Of a DNA stretch of 32,000 nucleotides, positions 9,069 through 17,730 are shown one piece after another (position 1 is the first letter of the stretch; each line of letters opens with the position of its first letter). The stretch covers positions 390,001 through 422,000 of the forward strand of contig OW818653.1 in the NCBI GenBank assembly GCA_942492995.1. Reading direction: 5' to 3'. Below the pieces are notes generated by a model. That model was not told the origin of the DNA. It was given only the letters and a program-made list of their open reading frames with translations, and did not search any database. Origin of the DNA: an uncultured Erysipelotrichaceae bacterium (GTDB lineage: Bacteria > Bacillota_I > Bacilli_A > Erysipelotrichales > Erysipelotrichaceae). Position numbers and translations under genes: made by a program.

Positions 9069-9406
9069 TATTGTTTCTCCATTCGATCGATTATTTTTAA
9101 TTCATATAGTTTCTCTAACGTAATATGACCAGCCTCAAACATCGTTTTTACTTTTATAACTTCTTCATCGGATACGAAGAAAATCTGATCACTTCTTAAA
9201 CAATTAAAGTAATAATCATAGTTTGGATCATTCCCGATAAATTCAATCGCTTCAGCACAGGCTAAGTTTCTTTGTTCAATTAGATCATAGATTTTATAGT
9301 CATTGAAGACAGCTTTTGGTTGTAGTCCATCAAAGCGACTTAAGAATTCATCTTGTTTACATCCAACTAAACTTAGGAATAATAGAATGATTAAGAGTCT
9401 TTTCAT
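9068..9406 (-). CDS. small lipoprotein of unknown function
   Basis: MKRLLIILLFLSLVGC lipobox with RBS AAAGGAG. Its stop overlaps the pirin start (TAATG on the minus strand). Confidence 0.6.
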   Translation of the reverse strand: MKRLLIILLFLSLVGCKQDEFLSRFDGLQPKAVFNDYKIYDLIEQRNLACAEAIEFIGNDPNYDYYFNCLRSDQIFFVSDEEVIKVKTMFEAGHITLEKLYELKIIDRMEKQ

Positions 9407-9459
9407 TGGTACTCCTTTTTATCATTATAGCACTTAACAGAAATGATATAATGGGTCTA

Positions 9460-10197
9460 ATGAGACGAAAAATACTGATATGGTCACTCTATTTTGCCTT
9501 ATGGCAAATCATTGCGATGGTGGTAAATCAAGCTGTAATACTACCTTCTTTTAGTGCTGTATTTATGCGATTGATTCAACACTTATCACAATCAACGCTT
9601 TATATTAATCTGTTTTATACGTTATCTCGTGTGATATTAGGGACATTAATTGCGTTTGTGTTTAGTTTATCGTTTGCGATATTATCGTATGATTTTAAAT
9701 GGATTAAACAAGCGTTGAATCCATTAATACTGATTAGTAAAACAATTCCAAATATTACCTATATTTTATTAGTACTTATTTGGTTCTCACGTGAATTGTC
9801 GGTATTGTTTGTGACAATCTTAATTCTATTTCCAGTTCTCTATAATCAAATATCAATATCATTAGTTGAGATTAATCCTGAATTATTAGAACTATTAAAA
9901 CTTTATCCAGAAACATATTATTATCGATTAATAAAGGTGATTCTACCTTTAATTAAAGTATCGTTGTTTGAAGGGATAAAAGGGGCATTATCGTTAGGAT
10001 TTAAAGTAGGGGTAATGGCGGAGATATTAGGTCAAGTTCAACCTGGATTAGGGTATCTTATGCATATAGCACGGATGAATTTTGAGACCGTTGATTTATT
10101 TGCGTATACCGCAATTATGATAATCGTCGTTATCTTAATTGAAAAAACGATGGATCATTTTAAGACAATGTCGAAAGTTAAAGAAATTTTAAAATAG
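9460..10197 (+). CDS. ABC transporter permease (NitT/TauT-like binding-protein-dependent inner membrane component), orphan
   Basis: Six TM segments and an EAA-like loop region (GALSLGFKVGVMAEILG). The track start at 9406 overlaps the divergent gene's RBS. Realistic starts are ATG 9451 or ATG 9460; I prefer 9460 (see leaderless finding). Confidence 0.7.
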   Translation: MRRKILIWSLYFALWQIIAMVVNQAVILPSFSAVFMRLIQHLSQSTLYINLFYTLSRVILGTLIAFVFSLSFAILSYDFKWIKQALNPLILISKTIPNITYILLVLIWFSRELSVLFVTILILFPVLYNQISISLVEINPELLELLKLYPETYYYRLIKVILPLIKVSLFEGIKGALSLGFKVGVMAEILGQVQPGLGYLMHIARMNFETVDLFAYTAIMIIVVILIEKTMDHFKTMSKVKEILK

Positions 10198-10237
10198 GAC
10201 TATACGAATTGAATATCATGTGCTAAACTACTGTCAG

Positions 10238-10330
10238 TATAGGTCCTTTAAGTCTAACCTGTGAGTTAGATAAGGTTCAAACAAACACCTTCAACACAAA
10301 GGGTCCTTTTACAAAAAGGCCCTTTTTTTT
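10238..10330 (+). promoter_or_regulatory. transcription attenuator leader of the uracil permease gene (PyrR-type architecture suspected)
   Basis: Upstream hairpin GGTCCTT-TAA-GTCTAAC(CTGTGA)GTTAGA-T-AAGGTTC at 10242-10278. Terminator AGGGTCCTTTT ACA AAAAGGCCCT plus T8 at 10299-10330. The motif GGTCCTTT occurs in both 5' arms (10242-10249 and 10302-10309), giving mutually exclusive pairings. Confidence 0.5.
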
Positions 10331-10368
10331 GGAAAAGTGGACCATACCAAAGAAAAAAGGAGAAGCAT

Positions 10369-11694
10369 ATGAAAAACATTATTCACGGATATTTACCAGA
10401 AGAAAGACCTCCGTTTGGGAAGTTGATACTCTTCGCTCTACAACAGATTCTAGTTATGTTCCCTGCGACTGTACTTGTCGCATTGTTAACTGGTTTCCAT
10501 GTATCTACGACTATCTTTGCGTCTGGGTTCGCGACTATCATCTTTATCTTTATCACAAAAGGAAAAATCCCTTTGTATTATGGTTCTAGCTTTTCTTACT
10601 TAGCCCCAATTATGGGTATCACAATGGCTAAATTTGGTGTTCCTGCTGGTGATGAATTAATCTCACAAGTACAATTCGGAATTATCTTATCTGGTTTTGT
10701 GTCTATTGCGGCAGGTCTTATCGTTAATTATTATGGTGCAGAGAAGATTGAAAAATTACTTCCTCCAACCATTACAGGTAGTATTGCGATCGTAATCGGT
10801 CTTTCATTAGCAGGTACTGCGATGAATTCAGCGTCTGGTTATGATGCGGCAACAGGTCTTACAAACAATGCGGCTTGGACAGTTGCGCTAATCACATTAG
10901 TTTCTACAATTGTCTTCTCTGTTTACTTAAAAGGTGTATGGAGTCAACTTCCAATCTTGTTAGGTATTCTTACTGGTTATGTTGTGGCAATAGCGTATGG
11001 AATGGTTGATTTCAGTGTTATTATGAATGGCGGTATTGTAACGGTTCCTCATTTCACACTTCCAACAGTTTCATGGCCAGCTGTATTTGCGATTATGCCA
11101 ATTGCGATTGCGACAATTCCAGAATCAACGGCACATTTATTCCAATTGGATATCTATGTAAATGATCTTGCGAAACGTAAAGGTGCGCCTGAACAAAAAA
11201 TAGCAGACAAATTAGGCTTAAACTTAATTGGAGATGGTATTGGAGATATCGTTGCTGGTTTCATTGGTGGTCCTGCGGGAACTAACTACGGTGAAAACTT
11301 ATCGACAATGGCTATCACTAAGAACTTCTCAGTATGGGTATTAGGTGCAGCCGCAATTCTTGCGATGATCTTCTCATTCTTAGCACCAATCACAAACTTC
11401 GTCTTAACATTCCCAGCACCAGTTATTAACGGCGCAAGTATCTACTTGTTCGGGGTTATTGGAGCTCAAGGTATTGCGATTATGATTAATAAAAAAGTTG
11501 ACTTGTTCGATTCAAGAAATCTAGCAATTATCGCAGTTGTATTAACAATCGGTCTTGGTGGTTCATATGTATTCCCAAATGGTATGATTCCATTCTTCGG
11601 AATTAAACTTCCAGCGATTGCGTCCGCATCTGTGTTTGGTATCTTATTAAATCTAATCTTATCGTTTAAGAAAACAACAACTGAAGTAGAATAG
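10369..11694 (+). CDS. pyrP: NCS2-family uracil permease (UraA/PyrP-like)
   Basis: RBS AAAGGAG. ERPPFGKLILFALQQILVMFPATVLV and KGKIPLYYGSSFSYLAPI closely match UraA motifs (KGKIPAYLGSSFAF). 441 aa and polytopic. Confidence 0.85.
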   Translation: MKNIIHGYLPEERPPFGKLILFALQQILVMFPATVLVALLTGFHVSTTIFASGFATIIFIFITKGKIPLYYGSSFSYLAPIMGITMAKFGVPAGDELISQVQFGIILSGFVSIAAGLIVNYYGAEKIEKLLPPTITGSIAIVIGLSLAGTAMNSASGYDAATGLTNNAAWTVALITLVSTIVFSVYLKGVWSQLPILLGILTGYVVAIAYGMVDFSVIMNGGIVTVPHFTLPTVSWPAVFAIMPIAIATIPESTAHLFQLDIYVNDLAKRKGAPEQKIADKLGLNLIGDGIGDIVAGFIGGPAGTNYGENLSTMAITKNFSVWVLGAAAILAMIFSFLAPITNFVLTFPAPVINGASIYLFGVIGAQGIAIMINKKVDLFDSRNLAIIAVVLTIGLGGSYVFPNGMIPFFGIKLPAIASASVFGILLNLILSFKKTTTEVE

Positions 11695-11706
11695 TACATA
11701 AAGATG

Positions 11707-11740
11707 AAAGAGACTAACTTAGGTGATAGTCTCTTTTTTT
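11707..11740. terminator. terminator between convergent pyrP and mscL
   Basis: AAAGAGACTA (11707-11716) pairs with TAGTCTCTTT (11727-11736) and is followed by a T-run. Confidence 0.75.
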
Positions 11741-11742
11741 AT

Positions 11743-12144
11743 CTATTTATTCTTTAAATTATCACGAATTTCTTTGAGTACGGATAAGCTATCTTCAACA
11801 GGTTCACTCACAACCACAACTTCTTCTTTCTTCTTCATTCGACTCATAAACTTAATCATAAAGAAGATACTTAATGCGATAAGGAAGAAATCAATGGTAC
11901 TCTTAATAAAATTACCGTAGAGTATCGCAACTTCTGTTTGTGTTTCAGTTGCGGCATTTAACACAATCTTTAAATCCGCATAATTCACATTACCCGTAAG
12001 TGTTGATAATAGAGGCATTACAATATCATTTACAAGGGATGATACAATCTTTCCAAATGCACCACCAATGATAACCCCAACCGCTAAATCCATGACATTT
12101 CCTTTTAAGGCGAATGCTTTAAATTCATCTAAATGCTTTTTCAT
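11743..12144 (-). CDS. mscL: large-conductance mechanosensitive channel
   Basis: FKAFALKGNVMDLAVGVIIGGAFGKIVSSLVNDIVMPLL is the canonical MscL N-terminus. 133 aa. Confidence 0.95.
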   Translation of the reverse strand: MKKHLDEFKAFALKGNVMDLAVGVIIGGAFGKIVSSLVNDIVMPLLSTLTGNVNYADLKIVLNAATETQTEVAILYGNFIKSTIDFFLIALSIFFMIKFMSRMKKKEEVVVVSEPVEDSLSVLKEIRDNLKNK

Positions 12145-12284
12145 AGAACCTCCTTTTTTATTATTATAGCGCTATGATTATTCTATTTACAGTAAATGAA
12201 ACTAAACATAATCAATAAAAGGTTAATTTAGTTGAATTATATGATTTGTCGCATCGATTTAATCGTGTTAAACTGAAAATAACT

Positions 12285-14219
12285 ATGAATGACTCAATGG
12301 TTTGGAATTATCTCGCAGAAATCGCTTCGGCTTTTTACTTATTGGTCATCCTTGTCTACTCTAGACGATTTCGAATCTATCCAAGTGAAAGAAATCGATT
12401 CTTCGTTTCAATGATAGGGATTATCTTTTCAACAATCGTAATTTCAATTATCACTGTTTTGTTTACTCAGTACCATGCACTAATTCCATCATCAATCAAT
12501 TTATTCGTACATACCTCGTTCTTTTTACTTTACCCTTGGATATCGGTATTGTTTTTCTATTACACATTACATGTTGTATATGAAGATCGAGAACATATCA
12601 TGCATCGGATACAGATTATATCTGCTTTACCGATCTTAATTTATAGCGTAATCGTTTTCTTAAATCTGTCCTTCGGATTTATGTTCACAATCACAAATGA
12701 AACAGGGTATATCGCGCATACATATGAATTTCTAATCTTTGGGGTTGCGTATATCTATATGTTCTTAATGTTGATATTTATCTTCTTGAATCGATATCTT
12801 ATCGAAATGGGATTGCGTATTATTCTAATTTCTTACGTCATAATTACATCATTATTTGTTGGGGTCCAATATTTCTACCCACATTTACTATTGGTAGGGA
12901 CTTCAGCTGGATTATCGATACTGATCATGTATTTGTATATTCAAAGTAAAGAACTCGTTTCTGATTATTTAACGCGTCTACCAAACCGTTTAGCGTTTGA
13001 GAGTATGATTAAATATCGATTAAAGTTAAAGAAGAATGTACAAGCGATTGTCATAAGTTTAAAAGATTTTAAGAATGTAAATAGTATGTATGGGCAAAAG
13101 AATGGGGATATTGTACTCAAAGAATTAACACGTTATCTAGTCAATTTAGTTGGAAGAGTTAATGTCTTTAGATATTCTGGAGATCGTTTTGCGATACTAT
13201 ACGATAATAAGGTTATTTCAACGGATAATTTAGTCGTGACTCTTCAAACGCGTTTCAAATCTGCTTGGGAGGTAAATGATTCGTTAATCTTTATTGAGAA
13301 AAATCTTATTTGTGTAAATATTAGTGAACATGTAGGGAATCAATATGAAGCAGTGTCCTTGATTGATTATTTAATTGATCAAGTTAAAATAAAAAATAAT
13401 CGTATTCCAATCTATTCAAGTCCTACGTCAATTCAAGATGTAAAACGTAAAGCGATTTTAGGTGAGTTTATAAAACGTGCATTAAATGATGAGTTGTTTG
13501 AGATTGCGATTCAGCCGATTTATTCCGCGAACAAACATCGATTCAATCATGCGGAAGCACTTCTTCGATTAAATCATCCGGATTTAGGTCAAATCTCACC
13601 AGTTGAATTAATTCCACTTGCGGAAGAATCAGGTCAAATTATTGAATTGGGATTATGGGTGCTTAAACAATCGTTAAAGTTTCTTAAACTATGTGATGAG
13701 AATAACGTATATATCGAAAGTGTTTCTGTTAACTTTTCAGTCGTTCAAATGAATGATGCGAACTTAATATTGGATGTAAAACATGCGCTTGATGAGTATT
13801 CGAAATATGCACATAAAATAATGATAGAGATTACAGAAAGTATCTTTATCGCAGATTATCAGCGTATTATTAAACAAATGTATGGATTAAGGGATCTAGG
13901 ATTAGGTTTCTATTTAGATGATTTTGGGACAGGTTACTCGAATATATTGCATGTCATCCGATTACCTTTAAATGTGATTAAGATTGATAAGACATTAATC
14001 TATGAATCACTCAATAACCCATTAAACTTTAATCTAATTCATGGTTTATGCGATGCCTTTAGTGAAGCTGGTATGCAAGTATTAGCTGAAGGGGTAGAGA
14101 ATGATGAACATTATGAAACAGTACGTAGAATGAAGATCGATTATATTCAAGGGTATTTGTTCTCTAAACCATTGCGTGTAGATGACGCATTAGAATTCTT
14201 TAAGAAACATCAAGTTTAG
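12285..14219 (+). CDS. membrane sensor protein with degenerate GGDEF domain and intact EAL phosphodiesterase domain
   Basis: About 230 aa of multi-TM N-terminus. The GGDEF site reads YSGDRF and the upstream DxD reads SLKDFK. EAL motifs are all present: EALLRL, NFS, EITES, DDFGTGYS, KIDK, EGVE, QGYLFSKP. ATG 12285 is preferred over the TTG at 12246 used in the track. Confidence 0.85.
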   Translation: MNDSMVWNYLAEIASAFYLLVILVYSRRFRIYPSERNRFFVSMIGIIFSTIVISIITVLFTQYHALIPSSINLFVHTSFFLLYPWISVLFFYYTLHVVYEDREHIMHRIQIISALPILIYSVIVFLNLSFGFMFTITNETGYIAHTYEFLIFGVAYIYMFLMLIFIFLNRYLIEMGLRIILISYVIITSLFVGVQYFYPHLLLVGTSAGLSILIMYLYIQSKELVSDYLTRLPNRLAFESMIKYRLKLKKNVQAIVISLKDFKNVNSMYGQKNGDIVLKELTRYLVNLVGRVNVFRYSGDRFAILYDNKVISTDNLVVTLQTRFKSAWEVNDSLIFIEKNLICVNISEHVGNQYEAVSLIDYLIDQVKIKNNRIPIYSSPTSIQDVKRKAILGEFIKRALNDELFEIAIQPIYSANKHRFNHAEALLRLNHPDLGQISPVELIPLAEESGQIIELGLWVLKQSLKFLKLCDENNVYIESVSVNFSVVQMNDANLILDVKHALDEYSKYAHKIMIEITESIFIADYQRIIKQMYGLRDLGLGFYLDDFGTGYSNILHVIRLPLNVIKIDKTLIYESLNNPLNFNLIHGLCDAFSEAGMQVLAEGVENDEHYETVRRMKIDYIQGYLFSKPLRVDDALEFFKKHQV

Positions 14220-14264
14220 TTGAATATAACTAGACTTTTTTTATTGAATTTGATAAAATATGCA

Positions 14265-14286
14265 TATATGAGCAAGTATTCATATA
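14265..14286. promoter_or_regulatory. candidate operator of the ArsR/SmtB repressor
   Basis: Inverted repeat TATATGA-N8-TCATATA ends 10 nt before the repressor start codon, in the promoter/RBS region. Confidence 0.45.
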
Positions 14287-14295
14287 AGGAGAGTT

Positions 14296-14586
14296 ATGCG
14301 AACATTAAGCGATGATGAATATTTCGAACTTGAGTTGATTTTTAAGATGATGGCAGACACAACTCGATTGCGAATATTTGAAATATTATTTGATAAAGAA
14401 CTTAGTGTGAATGAGATAGTTGAGAAATCAGGTGTTTCTCAATCAGCGATTTCACATCAATTAGCTCTATTACGTCAAGTTAAGTTAGTCAGTGCTGAAA
14501 GGGTTGGTCAAAGTATGATTTATCGATTAAAAGATGATCATGTAAAAACTATTTTCAATCAAGCATTAGATCATGTCAGGGAGTAA
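14296..14586 (+). CDS. ArsR/SmtB-family metalloregulator, alpha5-site (SmtB/CzrA-like), cysteine-free
   Basis: wHTH ELSVNEIVEKSGVSQSAISHQLALLRQ. The C-terminal LKDDHVKTIFNQALDHVRE fits the DxHx10HxxE alpha5 Zn site. The protein contains no Cys. Confidence 0.9.
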   Translation: MRTLSDDEYFELELIFKMMADTTRLRIFEILFDKELSVNEIVEKSGVSQSAISHQLALLRQVKLVSAERVGQSMIYRLKDDHVKTIFNQALDHVRE

Positions 14587-14590
14587 TTAC

Positions 14591-16666
14591 ATGAAAACAA
14601 TTGTATATCACATCGATGGACTTGATTGTGCGAATTGTGCACTCAAAGTCGAACGTAAGTTAAATAAGAATGAAAATGTCTCTGAGGCAAGAGTTGATTT
14701 TGCGCAGAGTAAAGTATTTGTGAAAGTACATGAAGAACATGTAAATGATGAACAATTACGATTAATCTTACAAAAAGATGTTCATAGTGTTGAAGATGCG
14801 ACACTACGTTCGATTAAAACAGAGAAAACGAAAAAGAATGAATTACTTAATTTGAATTCACTTATTTTAGGTGCGTTTACAGTAATTACATTATTATCGT
14901 TCTTTGTGGAATCGGATATTCTTAATGTGATTATGTTAATCGGGTATGGATTAGTTGGCTATCCTGTTGTACGTAAAGCAGTTATTAATCTAAGCCATGG
15001 AGAATGGTTCGATGAATTCTTCTTGATGAGTCTTGCGACAATAGGCGCATTGTTTCTAGGAGATATTCCAGAAGCACTAGGGGTTATGGTTTTCTATCGT
15101 ATTGGGGAGACCATTCAAGAACTTGCCTTAGAAAGAGCACGTTCTCGTATAAGTGATTCACATCAGAATCTACGCTCACAAGTAATTAAATTAGTTGGGA
15201 CGCAAAGTATTAGTGTTGATGCCCAGGAATTAAGGATTGATGATTTAATCTTAGTTCAAGCTGGACAAGTAATTCCTGTTGATGGGATTGTATTAGAAGG
15301 TCAAAGTGAATTAAATCTAGCCCATATTAGTGGTGAAACAAATCCAATCGTAGTGAATGAAGGGGATAAAGTACTCTCTGGTTCACTTAATATAAATGGA
15401 CGTTTAGTACTTCAAGTTAAAGAAACATTCTCGAATTCATATGAACAACGTATACAGTTATTAATTGATGAAACATCATTGAAGAAAGCGCCGCTAGAAG
15501 AAAGTATTACGCGTTTCTCTAAACGCTATACGCCAATTGTATTGACCTTAGCATTACTAGTATTAATCGTCGTTGGTAGTACACAAGAATTTGAGATTGG
15601 ATTACGAAGAGCACTAATCTTCTTAGTTGTTAGTTGTCCATGTGCGTTATTAATCTCTGTACCTTTAACCTTTGCGGCCGCAATCTCTAAAGCATCCCAA
15701 CAAGGCATAATCGTAAGAGGCGCATCTGTTTTACAAGCATTGAGTGAAATTAAAACATTTGTGTTTGATAAAACAGGAACACTTACTAAAGGTCAATTTA
15801 AATTAGAAAAAGTAATAAGTTATAACGATACAGATATTCTTTCACTCGCTTCACATATCTTAAGCTCATCTTCACATCCTTTAGCACAATCGGTTTTAAA
15901 AGCTTATACAGGATCATTTGATCATGATAAAGTGAGTGATGTTCAAGAAATATCAGGACAAGGTGTACGTGCTAACATAAATGGTATTCCAACATTTGTA
16001 GGGAATAAGAATCTTGCGAAAGCATTTAACATCGAAGTGGAAAACTTTGATGAATCAGGTTCAATATCGTATGTCGGTCAAATGAATCAGTTATTAGGTT
16101 ATCTTGTATTACAGGATGAACTTAAAGAAGATAGTCTAGGTTTAATTAAACAACTACATCAAGAAGGGTATAAAACCATTCTCTTAAGTGGTGATAGTGC
16201 GAAGGAAGTTAAACGTATTCAATCAGAATTAGGGCTTGATCGTGTATTTAGTGAAGTTAAACCAGAAGAGAAATTAGCGAAGATTGAAGAGATTAAACAA
16301 GAATCAAAGATTATTTATGTTGGGGATGGATTAAATGATGCGCCTGCTATGGCATTAGCGGATGTGTCTATCGCAATCTTTACATCAGGGAATGATCGTT
16401 TAGTTGATGTATCGGATATCGTAGATTTACGCAAAGACGCATCAAGTATTTATCATGCGGTCTCGATGGCTAAACAAAGTATTCGTGCTGTTTATTTCAA
16501 TTTAGCTTTTATATTAATAATCAAAGCTGTAGTATTATTATTAGCTAGCTTAGGTTTAACCCATATTTGGTTAGCGATTTTTGCGGATGTAGGGGTCGCA
16601 ATCCTCGCAATCTTCTTTGCGTTAGGATTTATCAATCAAGGAAAATATGAAACTTTGCGTCATTGA
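14591..16666 (+). CDS. cadA: heavy-metal P1B-2 type ATPase (Zn/Cd/Pb exporter, CadA/ZntA-like)
   Basis: HMA domain GLDCANCA. TM6 CPCALLISVP (CPCx4SxP), DKTGTLT, GDGLNDAP, TM7 NLAFILIIK (Nx7K) and TM8 DVG. ATG 14591 follows AGGGAG; the track start at 14573 is less likely. Confidence 0.95.
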   Translation: MKTIVYHIDGLDCANCALKVERKLNKNENVSEARVDFAQSKVFVKVHEEHVNDEQLRLILQKDVHSVEDATLRSIKTEKTKKNELLNLNSLILGAFTVITLLSFFVESDILNVIMLIGYGLVGYPVVRKAVINLSHGEWFDEFFLMSLATIGALFLGDIPEALGVMVFYRIGETIQELALERARSRISDSHQNLRSQVIKLVGTQSISVDAQELRIDDLILVQAGQVIPVDGIVLEGQSELNLAHISGETNPIVVNEGDKVLSGSLNINGRLVLQVKETFSNSYEQRIQLLIDETSLKKAPLEESITRFSKRYTPIVLTLALLVLIVVGSTQEFEIGLRRALIFLVVSCPCALLISVPLTFAAAISKASQQGIIVRGASVLQALSEIKTFVFDKTGTLTKGQFKLEKVISYNDTDILSLASHILSSSSHPLAQSVLKAYTGSFDHDKVSDVQEISGQGVRANINGIPTFVGNKNLAKAFNIEVENFDESGSISYVGQMNQLLGYLVLQDELKEDSLGLIKQLHQEGYKTILLSGDSAKEVKRIQSELGLDRVFSEVKPEEKLAKIEEIKQESKIIYVGDGLNDAPAMALADVSIAIFTSGNDRLVDVSDIVDLRKDASSIYHAVSMAKQSIRAVYFNLAFILIIKAVVLLLASLGLTHIWLAIFADVGVAILAIFFALGFINQGKYETLRH

Positions 16667-17207
16667 TTTTGAGACAGCGAATCGTAGTATGGCTTCAGCC
16701 TGTAGTATTGGCATCATCGTTGTCGAAGAGGGTGAAGTACTACATGAAGCGGTCTATGGAATAAAACCACATTATAAACATGCGTATTTTGATGAATTCA
16801 ATATTTCGATTCATGGTATACGTTATGAAGATGTGGAAGGTGAACCTGAGTTTGATGGGATTTATCCCAAACTCTTACCCTGGTTTAAAGATTCGATTCT
16901 AATGGCGCATAATGCGTCATTTGATATGACAGTACTTAGATCATTATTAAAGCTTTATCACATTGAACCACCAACCATTAAATACATCGATTCATTGGAG
17001 ATCGCACGTAAAGTGTATCCATTTCTAAAGAATCATCGATTGAATACGGTATGTGAACATCTTGAGATTGAATTGAATCATCATGAGGCATTAAGTGATG
17101 CTCGTGGTTCATGTTTAATTGCGTTAAATACCATGGCATTAATTGAAGATTTTGATGTACAAACACTTATTGATCGATTGAATTTAAAAATTGATTATAT
17201 TCTATAA
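16647..17207 (+). CDS. DEDDh 3'-5' exonuclease (DnaQ/epsilon-like domain protein)
   Basis: Exo I VIDFETAN, Exo II AHNASFDM, Exo III HHEALSDA. The start overlaps the ATPase 3' end by 20 nt. Confidence 0.8.
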   Translation: MKLCVIDFETANRSMASACSIGIIVVEEGEVLHEAVYGIKPHYKHAYFDEFNISIHGIRYEDVEGEPEFDGIYPKLLPWFKDSILMAHNASFDMTVLRSLLKLYHIEPPTIKYIDSLEIARKVYPFLKNHRLNTVCEHLEIELNHHEALSDARGSCLIALNTMALIEDFDVQTLIDRLNLKIDYIL

Positions 17208-17212
17208 ATAAC

Positions 17213-17241
17213 TTGCAAATTCTTGTCCCTTTGGGTAGAAT
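17213..17241 (+). promoter_or_regulatory. sigma-A promoter for the downstream two-gene operon
   Basis: TTGCAA at 17213-17218, a 17-nt spacer, then TAGAAT at 17236-17241. Confidence 0.6.
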
Positions 17242-17337
17242 AGATAGGCATATGTAAGATTGAAATATTTACAAATGTAAAATGTTTATTCTTTACATCT
17301 GTATTTTCAAGCCTTACAATAAAGTTACGAGGTTACT

Positions 17338-17730
17338 ATGAATCAATTAGAAAACAACGCATTCTTTTGGCAAAAATTGGATAGTATCTACTTTGCCTCA
17401 TCCATTGTGATTACACAACCCCTAGGGTCTACGCATGCTACTTTTACAAACTTAGTTTATCCAGTTGATTATGGTTATCTAAATGATACCTTGAGTCAAG
17501 ATTTAATGGGTATTTCAATTTATAAAGGCAAAGGCTCTGCTTATTCTGTAGAAGCGATATTAGTTGCGGCAGATATCTTAAAGAAAGATATTGAAGTTAA
17601 ACTATTAGTTGGGTGTGGACAAGAGGAAGTCGATCAGATCTTACGTTTTGTCAATCAAACTGAATTCCAGAAAACGATATTAGTTCGTCGTGGAAATGAA
17701 GTCCCAACTTGGAGTAATCCAGACCTATAA
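17338..17730 (+). CDS. small inorganic-pyrophosphatase-like domain protein (probably non-catalytic)
   Basis: QPLGSTHA...YPVDYGYL resembles the DRPxGSxHP...YPxNYGYI pattern of short PPase-like proteins, but the following acidic DGxxxD stretch reads DLMGISIY. Family recall is from memory. Confidence 0.5.
   Translation: MNQLENNAFFWQKLDSIYFASSIVITQPLGSTHATFTNLVYPVDYGYLNDTLSQDLMGISIYKGKGSAYSVEAILVAADILKKDIEVKLLVGCGQEEVDQILRFVNQTEFQKTILVRRGNEVPTWSNPDL

Noticed and set aside
10329-10589. 86-aa ORF overlapping the pyrP leader terminator and the pyrP 5' end
   Set aside because: It starts in the T-run of the terminator, is out of frame with a strongly supported permease, and is Cys/Trp-rich nonsense.
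12145-12284. Possible c-di-GMP riboswitch upstream of the GGDEF/EAL gene
   Set aside because: The region is almost pure A/T and lacks the GC-rich conserved cores of the GEMM motifs that I remember.
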